Shown: positions 42,613-52,352 of the stretch, in pieces
Layout: the number at the start of each line of letters is the position of its first letter
Numbering within the stretch: position 1 is the stretch's first letter
Assembly (NCBI GenBank): GCA_965365945.1
Contig: CBDUDP010000009.1
Coordinates: 21,331-85,330, forward strand
Direction of reading: 5' to 3'
Length of the DNA: 64,000 nucleotides
Origin: an uncultured Gammaproteobacteria bacterium
GTDB taxonomy: Bacteria > Pseudomonadota > Gammaproteobacteria > Methylococcales > Methylomonadaceae
Made by a program: the position numbers and the translations under genes
Notes under the pieces: generated by a model
Told to the model about the DNA's origin: nothing
Databases searched by the model: none
What the model saw: the letters and a program-made list of their open reading frames with translations, nothing else

Positions 42613-45600
42613 ATGGATTCATTAGTACGTTTTTCACTAAAACAGAAAGTCTTTTTTAACCTACTATTTGTTTTAATGTTTGTTGCTGGGTTTTTTGCTA
42701 TCAGTGAGCTTCCTGTTGAGCGCTACCCAAATGTGAATTTTGGTGAAGTAGTGATTACCACAATCTACCCTGGAGCATCACCAGGTGATGTAGAAGCCTT
42801 AGTCACTCGAAAGATAGAAGACAGTCTTGATAATATAGAAAATATAGAATGGTTAAAGGCCACATCTTACCCTGAGCGTTCATACGTACACCTTAAATTT
42901 GTTGACGACACCAACTATGAAGAGCTTTTTAACGAAGTGCGCTTAAAAATCCTCAATATTGTCAATGAACTCCCCGAAGAAACAGACCCTCCAGTCATTG
43001 ATAACTACACCGTTAATGACTTTTACCCGGTTGTCACTATCAATATTAGTGGGTCACAAGATAACCGTGCTTTAACACTTATTGCTAAAGAAATAAAAAC
43101 ACACCTAGAAAAGCTCTCCGGCATCAATAAGATTACAATAGAAGGTGAATATACTAGAGAATTTCACATCAATCTTGACCCTAAAAAATTACGCCTTTAT
43201 GGCGTTAGCTATAATGAGGTTGCTCAGACTCTAAAAGAAATTAACATATCAATACCTGCTGGTAGTGTTAATACACTCTATGGAAACTACCTAGTAAAAG
43301 TTGATGAAACATTCAATAATCGTGAGCAAGTCATCAAATCCATTATCCGCAAAGATGGTGACTCAAGTTTTCTTCGCCTAGAAGACTTAATTACTAATGC
43401 GCAACTTGATTATCGTGACCCTATCGTTATTTCATCCGTTAATGGGAAAAATGTCATCGCACTTAAAATCGTTAAAAACGATGCAGGCGATGCTTTATCC
43501 ATCAAAAAAGACATACTAGCAACACTAGATAAATTAAAACCACTCATAAACCAAGAACAATTAAATATTACATATACGCAAGACTCTACAATAAAAATTA
43601 ATGATGGAATCAGTACCCTAGGGCTCAACATGCTTGCCGGAATGATCCTAGTTTCAATCATTATCTGGTATTTCATGGGTATCCGGAATGCCGGACTTAT
43701 TACCATAGGTATTCCATTTTCTTTCATGATTACCATGATACTAATGCACTTAACAGGGAATAGCCTCAATGAAATGACACTATTCGCATTTGTACTAGTC
43801 ACAGGTATTATTGTCGACGATGCGATTGTAGTCACTGAAAATATTTACCGACACATTCAAGAAGGAAGAGACTTAGATCAAGCGGTAATTTTTGGTACCT
43901 CAGAAGTAGCCTTGCCCGTCATTGCGTCAACACTCACTACAATTTCCGCCTTCTTACCCATGCTGATGATGTCAGGGTCTACAGGTGAATTCTTTGCGCA
44001 AATACCTATAGCTGTATGCTATGCACTTATTGCCTCACTGATTGAATGCCTCATTATTCTCCCCATTCACTACTATGACTACGGGCCTCGCCAAAGCAAT
44101 GAGCTATCAACGCGCCTAGAAAAAGACGATTTTATTTTATCGACTATTCGCAGCATTACCGAAAAAACACTTAATATCACCCTTAAGTATCGTCGTTCCA
44201 GTTTATTAGTTATTGTTGCTCTATTCATTGCTTCAATAGGTATTTTAGCTGTTTCTATATCAGGAAAACTACCCTTGGTAAAAATTCAATTTTTTCCAAG
44301 TGATTACTCCGTCTACCATGTCAATATACAAGCAAACCCTGAGACACCAATAGAAGAAATTGATAACAAATTAAGGGAAATTTCTCAATACATACTTAAA
44401 GATGGACCAGGAAAGGTAGAGTCAGCGGCAGGCTTTGCAGGATACTATATCAGTGATAACTACCTCCCCATCCACAGTAATAACTATGGCGCTGTAATGG
44501 TCACACTCCCCGAAAAAGGTAAACGTAGCTTTACCGACCCCATGCAGCACCTAGAAGATATGCGCACTAAGCTTAAAGAAAAATTTGCACATAATGGCTA
44601 CCAAATTCATGTACAAGAACAAAAAGAAGGCCCTGTAACAGGTAAAGATGTTAGCGTAAGAGTTATAGGGAGCGATGAAACATCTATAAATGGGCTCACC
44701 CAAGCATTAGCCACATTTTTAAAATCAACACACTCTATAACACCTTATTTAGTTGACCTAAAAAATGACCAGGGACAACTAAAAAAGATTATTAACATAA
44801 AAATTGACCATGAAAAAACCAGCGAATACGAACTAAACAACAGTCAAGTTACACAACTGGCAGGGAGCGTTTTAGACGGTCAATATATTGGTAAATACCG
44901 GCTTAATGATGGAGAAATAGACTTAAAATTAGCCTTTACTCCCCAAAGTATTACCTCACTACAAAAGGTTTTAGAAATTCCTTTTATTGAAAATGCTACA
45001 GGGCCAATTCTATTAGGCGATATTGCACAACTACATAGCTATTCCGCAGAAGGCGAACTAAACCGCTATAACTCACAGCGCTCGGTCAACTTTGTTGCCA
45101 ACATCAAAACAGGAGCCCCTACCAATACAGCTACTGTACTACACGAAATAGATGAGTTTTACCAAAAAATACGCAATAACTACCCAGGAGCAAACCTGAT
45201 TTTTACCGGTGATTTTGCAGCCACACAAAAATCTTATACTTCTTTAGCCTACGCCTTTGTTATGGCTATACTAATTATCTATTTGATTTTAGCTGCTCAA
45301 TTTCAATCTTACCTACAACCTGTCATAATTTTATGCGCCATTATCTTTGCATTAATTGGTGTTATCTTAGGCAAGTTTTTTACTCAATCCTTATTTACAA
45401 TTAACAGCTTTATGGCTATTATTGGTGTCGCAGGTGTCGTCGTCAATGACTCGCTCATGCTAGTCGACTTTATGAATAAAAGTTATCGCGCCGGCCTATC
45501 TCGCCATAAAGCAATCACCGAGGGCATACGCGTAAGACTAAGACCTATAATGCTCACCACCCTAACAACCACTTTAGGACTTTTACCCATGGCTATTGGT

Positions 45601-45756
45601 ATTCCTTATTACTCAATCGTGTGGGGCTCTATGGCATCAACATTTGTAACAGGCTTGATAACGGCCACCTTATTAACGTTATTTATTGTTCCATTATTAT
45701 GGGATATGGTAATGGCAAGACAAGAAAGGAAATTAACTCCAGTAGTGGAAGAATAA
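42613..45756 (+). CDS. RND efflux permease (AcrB/AcrD/AcrF family)
   Basis: YPGASPGDVE..VT..IE, GIIVDDAIVVTENI, GVVVNDS and RLRPIMLTTLTT motifs. Confidence 0.94.
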   Translation: MDSLVRFSLKQKVFFNLLFVLMFVAGFFAISELPVERYPNVNFGEVVITTIYPGASPGDVEALVTRKIEDSLDNIENIEWLKATSYPERSYVHLKFVDDTNYEELFNEVRLKILNIVNELPEETDPPVIDNYTVNDFYPVVTINISGSQDNRALTLIAKEIKTHLEKLSGINKITIEGEYTREFHINLDPKKLRLYGVSYNEVAQTLKEINISIPAGSVNTLYGNYLVKVDETFNNREQVIKSIIRKDGDSSFLRLEDLITNAQLDYRDPIVISSVNGKNVIALKIVKNDAGDALSIKKDILATLDKLKPLINQEQLNITYTQDSTIKINDGISTLGLNMLAGMILVSIIIWYFMGIRNAGLITIGIPFSFMITMILMHLTGNSLNEMTLFAFVLVTGIIVDDAIVVTENIYRHIQEGRDLDQAVIFGTSEVALPVIASTLTTISAFLPMLMMSGSTGEFFAQIPIAVCYALIASLIECLIILPIHYYDYGPRQSNELSTRLEKDDFILSTIRSITEKTLNITLKYRRSSLLVIVALFIASIGILAVSISGKLPLVKIQFFPSDYSVYHVNIQANPETPIEEIDNKLREISQYILKDGPGKVESAAGFAGYYISDNYLPIHSNNYGAVMVTLPEKGKRSFTDPMQHLEDMRTKLKEKFAHNGYQIHVQEQKEGPVTGKDVSVRVIGSDETSINGLTQALATFLKSTHSITPYLVDLKNDQGQLKKIINIKIDHEKTSEYELNNSQVTQLAGSVLDGQYIGKYRLNDGEIDLKLAFTPQSITSLQKVLEIPFIENATGPILLGDIAQLHSYSAEGELNRYNSQRSVNFVANIKTGAPTNTATVLHEIDEFYQKIRNNYPGANLIFTGDFAATQKSYTSLAYAFVMAILIIYLILAAQFQSYLQPVIILCAIIFALIGVILGKFFTQSLFTINSFMAIIGVAGVVVNDSLMLVDFMNKSYRAGLSRHKAITEGIRVRLRPIMLTTLTTTLGLLPMAIGIPYYSIVWGSMASTFVTGLITATLLTLFIVPLLWDMVMARQERKLTPVVEE

Positions 45757-46250
45757 TTAATAAACGGCATCTTTCATGTTTACTAAAAAGTAGTTGACAC
45801 CTTTCGGTATCAAAACTAAACAGGAGGAAAATTCTATTAAGATTAACCGGTATTATAACTTTTAATTTTGTTAGAATAATTATGTATAGTTACTTATCTT
45901 CTTCTGATACAGCGGCCTTCCTAAACGCAGTATAAACTTCAGGAATCATTGTAGGCATAGCCTATTCCTATAAAAATAACCTAGTTAATATAGCTTTTTA
46001 TTATATGCTCTTGCATATAATAAATAATAGCTCAGACCCTTTTTATGAAAACCTGTCATCACGAACTGTTAAAAAACTGACACATTCTGGCTGCCACCCC
46101 TACCACCTAGGACTACAGTCAATGAATCAGCTACCAGAACCTATACAAAACTCATCAACACCATTAATCCAGCCCAGATCCAGAGAGGATTTTATCGCCT
46201 AGCCGGTTTTCAAATAAACACAGTGCTTATTTAAACTTGAAGTACAAGTA

Positions 46251-46277
46251 TTTGTAATTGATGCAATCAATTACAAA
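46251..46277. promoter_or_regulatory. perfect AT-rich palindrome, possible operator
   Basis: TTTGTAATTGAT-GCA-ATCAATTACAAA, about 210 bp upstream of the TPR gene. Confidence 0.45.
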
Positions 46278-46485
46278 GCATCAAGCGACAACACTACAGC
46301 ATAAACCGAGTAATTTAATTTTTGAATTATAATATCTTTATTTCTACTAAAATCAGAATATCCAATGGAGGCGTCTAAAGCTTCCTTCACAAGATAATTA
46401 AAACTCTCAAATTTGGGTATTTAACCAGCACGCCTAATTTTCCTATAATCCATCATCATTTATCAAAAAAACAAAGGGAATCAAA

Positions 46486-48171
46486 ATGATCCATAACAAA
46501 ATCAACAAAAGTACTCTTATAGCATTAGCAATAAATTGTTCGGCATCGCCCTTAATCATGGCTGCAACATACAACCCTCAAAGTGAAACAAGATCAATTT
46601 ATGACTTCTCTCCTTTAGAAAGCCAGTCTGAATTAACGAGCCTTTTTTTAGATCCTGTTCAGCAACAAGATACCAACATACAAAAAAAACACTATATTGA
46701 AACTCTTGATCTAATAAAGGAAAATAAACTACTCGAAGCAAAATTAAAAATTGATAATTTAATACAGCAGGCCCCAAATGAACCAGAAAATTATAATTTA
46801 CAAGCCCTTTTAGCAACACAAGAAAAGAATAGCAGTAAGGCTCAGAAAAGTTATCAAAAAGCAATTAAGTTAGATGCCAAAAATCTAATCGCACATCTAG
46901 GTTTAGCCAAACTTGCTTTAGACAAAGGAGACTTATTAATCGCAAAAGAATACTCTGAAAAATCGCTGATCATAAACGATAAATCAGTGTCAGCTTACCT
47001 TTTGCTAGCAGAAATTGCCAACACTAAAAAAAATGTTAAAGAAGCAGAGAATATACTATTAACTGCCATTAAAAAAGTAAAATATGATGCAATTAAAGCT
47101 ATAAACCTAGCTGATAATTTAGCTAAATTTTATGCCTTTCACAAACAGCCAGAAAAAATTCTTACTTTAAGTGAGAATCTACTGAAGCAGTACCCTAATA
47201 ACAAAAAAATGCTATCAATGCTGGCTAAGGCTCAAATATTAAATAATCAAACTAACTTAGCTGAACAAAGCTTACAACAATTAATTAATCAGGATAAGCA
47301 AGATATCGGACATAGGCTATTATTAGCTCGCATCCTAATCAATCAACAGAAAAATGAAAACAATATTTTAAAATTATTGAATGAAACATCGGCAATAGAT
47401 CCAAATGACCCAAGAGCACCTGCGTATAAAGCGGCTTATTTAATTCAACTAAATCGCTACAAGGAAGCATTAAAAATTACAGACGAGCTCGAGTTACAAT
47501 TTCCAAAATTAATGATAGGAAAATTATTAAAAGCCGATGTCTACTTAGCAGAAAAAAAGTTTGATAAAGCACTTAACATCAAGTTACAGGCTTACCAAAT
47601 AGAGCCTAATGAAAGGTTATTATCCAGCATAATTTCCTTGATGAATATGCAAGGGCAATTACCGAAGGCCGTTGAGTTACTTAAGCAAGAACTAACAAAA
47701 AAACCTAACAACAACGCAATCCATTTTGAATTAGCTATTCTCTATCAAAAGATGGGTAACTTAACGCAGGCTACTAAGCATTATCAAGCTGTTCTAAATA
47801 AAACTCCTAAGCATGCTGTTACCCTCAACAATTTGGCTTGGATTTATGTACAACAAGGTAATCCACAAGCTCTACAATTTGCAAAAAAAGCTTATAGCAT
47901 GGCACCAGAATCCGCTAATATTACTGATACATACGGGTATATACTACTTAAACAAGGACAGAATAAAGAAGGATTAAAAATTTTACTAATAGCAGAAAAA
48001 TTATCCCCCAAACAACCTGAAATTCAATTCCATTTAGCTCAAGCTTATTCTGCTAACAATGATACGAAGCAAGCTATAGCAACATTGAAGCCTATCGTGG
48101 TAGAGGGACTAACTTATTCAGAAAAAGAATCAGCCATTAGTTTATTAAAAAAATTAACAGCTGACCAATAA
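46486..48171 (+). CDS. TPR-repeat exported protein, PrsT-like C-terminus
   Basis: Signal-like N-terminus, TPRs, LNNLAWIY...ITDTYGYILLKQG...IQFHLAQAY tail. Confidence 0.8.
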   Translation: MIHNKINKSTLIALAINCSASPLIMAATYNPQSETRSIYDFSPLESQSELTSLFLDPVQQQDTNIQKKHYIETLDLIKENKLLEAKLKIDNLIQQAPNEPENYNLQALLATQEKNSSKAQKSYQKAIKLDAKNLIAHLGLAKLALDKGDLLIAKEYSEKSLIINDKSVSAYLLLAEIANTKKNVKEAENILLTAIKKVKYDAIKAINLADNLAKFYAFHKQPEKILTLSENLLKQYPNNKKMLSMLAKAQILNNQTNLAEQSLQQLINQDKQDIGHRLLLARILINQQKNENNILKLLNETSAIDPNDPRAPAYKAAYLIQLNRYKEALKITDELELQFPKLMIGKLLKADVYLAEKKFDKALNIKLQAYQIEPNERLLSSIISLMNMQGQLPKAVELLKQELTKKPNNNAIHFELAILYQKMGNLTQATKHYQAVLNKTPKHAVTLNNLAWIYVQQGNPQALQFAKKAYSMAPESANITDTYGYILLKQGQNKEGLKILLIAEKLSPKQPEIQFHLAQAYSANNDTKQAIATLKPIVVEGLTYSEKESAISLLKKLTADQ

Positions 48172-48173
48172 GT

Positions 48174-48257
48174 ATCAAAAACTCAGCCGCAAGCGACCGA
48201 GTTTGACAAAGCCACAGCTGATTTTATTTAAAAACCATTAGTTTCCAAATTTTCCGA
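48174..48257 (+). repeat. copy 1 of an ~84-bp structured repeat (partial, degenerate)
   Basis: Aligns without gaps to 53397-53480 with about a dozen mismatches. Confidence 0.85.
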
Positions 48258-48332
48258 TCAAATCAATATTAAATCAGATTCAAATAAAGCAAAGTGCAGG
48301 GTTTCCCTCACTTTGCTAACTTAGAGGTATAA

Positions 48333-49475
48333 TTACGACGCCCTAAGTTCTGACGTCTCGACACCACTGATAACTCGAAAGCATAAAGTACGACAAATAT
48401 TCATTAATATTTTGTTTGCAACTGTACTTTCGTACTTTAATAAGCGAGACATCGCCGCTTCATCAAGACTTAAAACCCGAACATTTCCTGTAGCCGCCAC
48501 AATGCTTGCCGTTCGAGGCACTTTTAAGAAATATGCAATTTCTCCTATAATTTCTCCAGGCGCTATAACTGCCTGTAGCTCCTTGCCTCGTCTAACCTCT
48601 ACAACACCTGAAAGTAGTACAAATATTGTTTTTGCAGAGTTATTTTTTTCAATAATATGATCACCTAATGAACATTCAATGATATGGCTCTTTTCAATGA
48701 CACGTTTAATTTCATCATCTCCAAGTTCATCAAATATTTTTGGCTTCGTATTTGAAAGTAACTGAGTATCAGCATAAATCTGACTCAGATATTCTCCTTG
48801 CCCTTCAATAGAATAACTAACAATATTAGTCGTATGATCAATTTTATGAATCAATTCATTCGTATGCAAACAATGACTCAGATCCTCCTCTCTCGTTAAC
48901 ATAGCAAATGGAGAGCCAACTTTCTTCAGATGCTCATAATCACCTGTAATTAAAATCATGGGGATAACCAACCCTATGCCTGGATAAGTATAAGTTTCAG
49001 TAAAAGGACGAAATCCCAACTTTAAATAAGAGTTTAAATGATGAGGTTCGCAGTCTAAAAAAACAGCTTCAACGTAATGATCCAATACAAAATGCATTAC
49101 CTCCTTATACATTCGTAGAGTTGTAGTCGATCCACGATGTGTCTCATCAACCATTAAGCGTTCAACTATGCAAATTTGTTTTGCATCCAGTAAATTAATA
49201 AACGGGGATAAGTGATAGGCTTCTATTAGTGATTGAGAAAAATCAGTATCTCCGCCCCAGAAGAGCCTAAGCGTACCAATAGCAACTCCATCCTTAATTG
49301 CAATGACAGCTCTCGCTTTTTCATCATTCTCATCACGTAACTCTTTTTGAATATGGTCACCTTTATCTTTGAGCCTACCCATACATTCTACATAAACCTT
49401 GTAACGTAATTGATAGGAAGCACGAAGCTCTTCTTCGGTTTCCGCAAATCTAACGCCATCTTCCATATTTATCAC
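48333..49475 (-). CDS. FeeM-type N-acyl amino acid synthase (GNAT) fused to a C-terminal cNMP-binding domain (NasP-like architecture)
   Basis: ASYQLRYKVYV, IGTLRL, VERLMVD...RGS and YLKLGFRPF motifs; cNMP cassette IGEIAY...PRTASIVA. Confidence 0.82.
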   Translation of the reverse strand: MINMEDGVRFAETEEELRASYQLRYKVYVECMGRLKDKGDHIQKELRDENDEKARAVIAIKDGVAIGTLRLFWGGDTDFSQSLIEAYHLSPFINLLDAKQICIVERLMVDETHRGSTTTLRMYKEVMHFVLDHYVEAVFLDCEPHHLNSYLKLGFRPFTETYTYPGIGLVIPMILITGDYEHLKKVGSPFAMLTREEDLSHCLHTNELIHKIDHTTNIVSYSIEGQGEYLSQIYADTQLLSNTKPKIFDELGDDEIKRVIEKSHIIECSLGDHIIEKNNSAKTIFVLLSGVVEVRRGKELQAVIAPGEIIGEIAYFLKVPRTASIVAATGNVRVLSLDEAAMSRLLKYESTVANKILMNICRTLCFRVISGVETSELRAS

Positions 49476-49734
49476 ACCTTTTAGTTTGAATCGTAGTCTG
49501 CTTGTGAATCACAGAATTTTGATTATGAGCACTCTAGAATAGTGAAAATCACCCTAGCCAGTCAATAAAAGTAACTGTTACTCTGCATATAACTCACATT
49601 CAAAACATTTATTACTAGCTTATTATTAAACACCTAATAATAAGTTGTTTTTAGTGCTTTGTATTTTAGCAATAAGATTGCAAATTAGGAATGGCGACAG
49701 ATCAATTAAAGCGGCATTCAAGAATATAAAAATA

Positions 49735-50750
49735 GGCTATGCCTGCATTAACTGTTGGTTTGCACTATATATACTATTGAATAGAAAAAGAAAAAATTGG
49801 AGACATAATCATGAGAAAGCAAGATTTTCAACATTGGCTAGGTCAGGTAACGCAACTGATAAACCATCAAAAAATACAAACCACAGACGAGTTATCTGGC
49901 AATACCCTCAATCGATTAACGGAAATCAATTAAGTGAAGTTAACCATTGTCCACACTGTGACTCATCTTTATTCGGTCACTGGGGCCAATCGAAGATTTA
50001 CCACGATACTACTGTAAAACATTCAACGCCTTAACGGGGGGCCTTTAGCTAGACTGTGGCATCAAGATCAATGGGTGCAATACGCGAATACGATGATTCA
50101 GAGTTTTAGTATTCAAAAGTCGGCACGATTGGTAGGCATTGATAAAAACATTTCATTCCGCTGGCGACACTGATTATTAATGTGTCCAACCTTCGATAAA
50201 CCAGAACATTTAACGGATATTGTTGAAGCTGATGAAACTTTTTTCTCTAATCACACAAGAGAGAAAAGAACCTATCACGCCCAGCTCGCAAGCAAGGTGG
50301 AAAAGCCCATAAACGAGGTGTATCTACAGAGCAGGTTCCTGCCCTTATTATGCGTGATCGTAGCGGTGTTACTTCTGAAGCTCTATTGCCCAACGTAAGT
50401 GCGGATGCTTTGGCCAAGGTTTTAATGCCTATTTTAGAACCTGATGCTATTTTATGTTCGGACGGGCACAGGAGTTATTAAACCTTTGCTAGAGTATCGG
50501 GGGGTATTCATCAGCCTGTTAATTTGGCTCCTGGTATCAGCGTGGCAGATAAAGCCTTTCATGTTCAAAATGTAAATGCATACCATCACCGCTTTAAATC
50601 TTGGCTAGACCGCTTTCATGGTGTTGCAACCAAGTATTTACCTAATTATTTGGGGTGGTGCAGGGTAATGGATCAGAACCACAATTTAACACCAGAGAAA
50701 TTGTTACATTCTGCTCTTGGTGATTTTCAATACTTAACGGTGACATGGCC
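49735..50750 (+). mobile_element. IS1595-family element with a frameshifted transposase
   Basis: Imperfect TIRs GGCTATGCCTGCATTAACTGTTG and CAATACTTAACGGTGACATGGCC (16/23). Fragments CPHC, EADETFF, LCSDG and HVQNVNAYHHRFK...GVATKYL.NYLGW lie in different frames. Confidence 0.9.
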
Positions 50751-50965
50751 AATTTATTTGGAGGAAAATTTAACTTAGGAATGAACATTTAAAACCCGAA
50801 AGTTTTATTATGTAGAGCTGCTAATATCTAAGGAACTGATAGTGGTTTCGGATATTATTTAACTTTTATTCCTTAGTAAACTCCCGCTAAGTAGACTGAG
50901 TTTATTTGCAATAACTCGATTTTCCAATGAAAATCATTATTTATGGGAATAAGTAGTATGATTTC

Positions 50966-51005
50966 AAAAAAAAACCTCATGCGGAAAAATCATGAGGTTT
51001 TCTTT
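50966..51005 (-). terminator. intrinsic terminator after the PEP-CTERM gene
   Basis: AAAACCTCATG-N9-CATGAGGTTTT stem with a long T tract on the minus strand. Confidence 0.8.
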
Positions 51006-51025
51006 GGTCATTGTACAGATATATA

Positions 51026-51925
51026 TTATTTAGCTTGCTTGCGATGTCTTAGACCTAAGCCAATCAAACCAAAGCCTAAAAGAGCAATACTTGTTGGCTC
51101 AGGTACAGCCACAAACTCACTATCTTGTGAACCAAGTAAATATGTTGTTGCATCTACTGCTATACCAACACCATTAAATTGGCCAGTACTAACTTGAATA
51201 TTGTAAAATGGAATAGGATCTACAAAAAAATCACTCCCATCATAACCCACAGCGTTATCAACAAGGTTAAAAGTTGAAGTTACTCCATAACTTCCACAGT
51301 TATTATCACCTGTACAAGTTTGATTACCATTACCTGAAGTAGTGGCACCTAAAGCCAATAAAACATCGTCAACGGTATTATTAACTGAATAAAAAGCACC
51401 TCCTGTAGATGGCTCCGAACCACCCACACCAGCTGTACCATTATTAAGAGGATTAACATTGCTATCATTGTTCATATCAGCATAGAATCTCAACTCATCA
51501 ATAGTACCTGCTCCCGCGAGAAAGGTAAATTCCGTAGATTCAGTAGCAAGACCAAAATCTGTTGTTACGAAAGTACCACCACCTTGATAAAGCGCATATA
51601 GATCATAAGTAATCCCGCCTCTACTAGATGAATCAGCTAGATCGTATGAAGCACCCAAAGGAGAATGCAATGTACCCACATCAAAGTAAAGTGATGTCTG
51701 GAAAGTACCCGCCCCCGTACCAGGATCAAAGGCAGTAATTGTAGTGGCTTCATTATATGAACCACTCATTCTGTCAACATCTGTTATTGTTGCATCTGCT
51801 TTAGTCCCACCAGTAAATGACTCATTGACTGAGAATAAAGGTGCAGCAATTGCGCCATTACTTACAACACCCATGCCTGCCATCAAAAGTGCCGTTACAA
51901 GCGGTTTCTGTATTAGTGTTTTCAT
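51026..51925 (-). CDS. PEP-CTERM sorting-domain protein, PepA (flocculation-associated)-like
   Basis: Signal peptide; Thr/Gly/Ser-rich beta-like body (YDLYALY, CTGDNNCGSYG); C-terminal VPEPTSIALLGFGLIGLGLRHRKQAK. Start placed at ATG 51925 with a GGAG RBS. Confidence 0.93.
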   Translation of the reverse strand: MKTLIQKPLVTALLMAGMGVVSNGAIAAPLFSVNESFTGGTKADATITDVDRMSGSYNEATTITAFDPGTGAGTFQTSLYFDVGTLHSPLGASYDLADSSSRGGITYDLYALYQGGGTFVTTDFGLATESTEFTFLAGAGTIDELRFYADMNNDSNVNPLNNGTAGVGGSEPSTGGAFYSVNNTVDDVLLALGATTSGNGNQTCTGDNNCGSYGVTSTFNLVDNAVGYDGSDFFVDPIPFYNIQVSTGQFNGVGIAVDATTYLLGSQDSEFVAVPEPTSIALLGFGLIGLGLRHRKQAK

Positions 51926-51978
51926 TTTCTTTGCTCCAAAAGTTATTTTCAAGAAATGCCAAATTACAATCAGATTAA

Positions 51979-51994
51979 AGCAGTTCCTATACCA
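51979..51994 (-). promoter_or_regulatory. sigma-54 (-24/-12) promoter of the PEP-CTERM gene
   Basis: Minus strand TGGTATAGGAACTGCT (GG-N10-GC). Confidence 0.72.
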
Positions 51995-52057
51995 TATTTT
52001 TTTTTACATTAAAAAACAATGTATTACATAAAAAATGAAAAATAGAAAAATAGAAAC

Positions 52058-52074
52058 TGTAAAATTTTCTGACA
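52058..52074. promoter_or_regulatory. enhancer dyad (candidate PEP-CTERM box / PrsR site)
   Basis: TGTAAAATTTTCTGACA (TGT-N11-ACA), 64 bp from the -24 element. Confidence 0.68.
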
Positions 52075-52268
52075 TAATTTAACTATTTACTAAATAGCGG
52101 TAAGTCAATTTACTCCAACCTTAACCACTTATCACAAATCAGAAAATCTTCCATGCGTTTCTGCAAGTTCAACTGCATTCCTACTATTCGCAACAAAACA
52201 CTGAATTAATGCACGCTCTAGCCGATACTCCTCACTTATCTAGTTTAACTTGATATTATTAGTTCTTA

Positions 52269-52285
52269 TGTAAAAAAAACTGACG
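52269..52285. promoter_or_regulatory. second candidate PEP-CTERM box
   Basis: TGTAAAAAAAACTGACG, same TGTAAAA-N4-CTGAC pattern and orientation as 52058. Confidence 0.55.
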
Positions 52286-52352
52286 CCGGAAAATCACCTA
52301 TTAACACGTAACAATTATTTCCTTATTTTTTGCAAGTCTGGTTATTTAGACA

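Noticed and set aside
45890-45958. 22-codon minus-strand micro-ORF MPTMIPEVYTAFRKAAVSEEDK with an RBS, reminiscent of small coiled-coil protein N-termini
   Set aside because: Too short to support; no continuation is recognisable after the stop.
45953-45966. 14-nt inverted match to the IS1595 left end and flank (49731-49744)
   Set aside because: Similarity stops inside the TIR and there is no partner end; may be chance.
46005-46202. 65-aa ORF in the RND-TPR gap
   Set aside because: No RBS or motif, and it overlaps the candidate regulatory box.
49645-50778. ORFs 49645-50034, 50180-50398 and 50524-50778 as independent genes
   Set aside because: They are pieces or read-throughs of the frameshifted IS1595 transposase.
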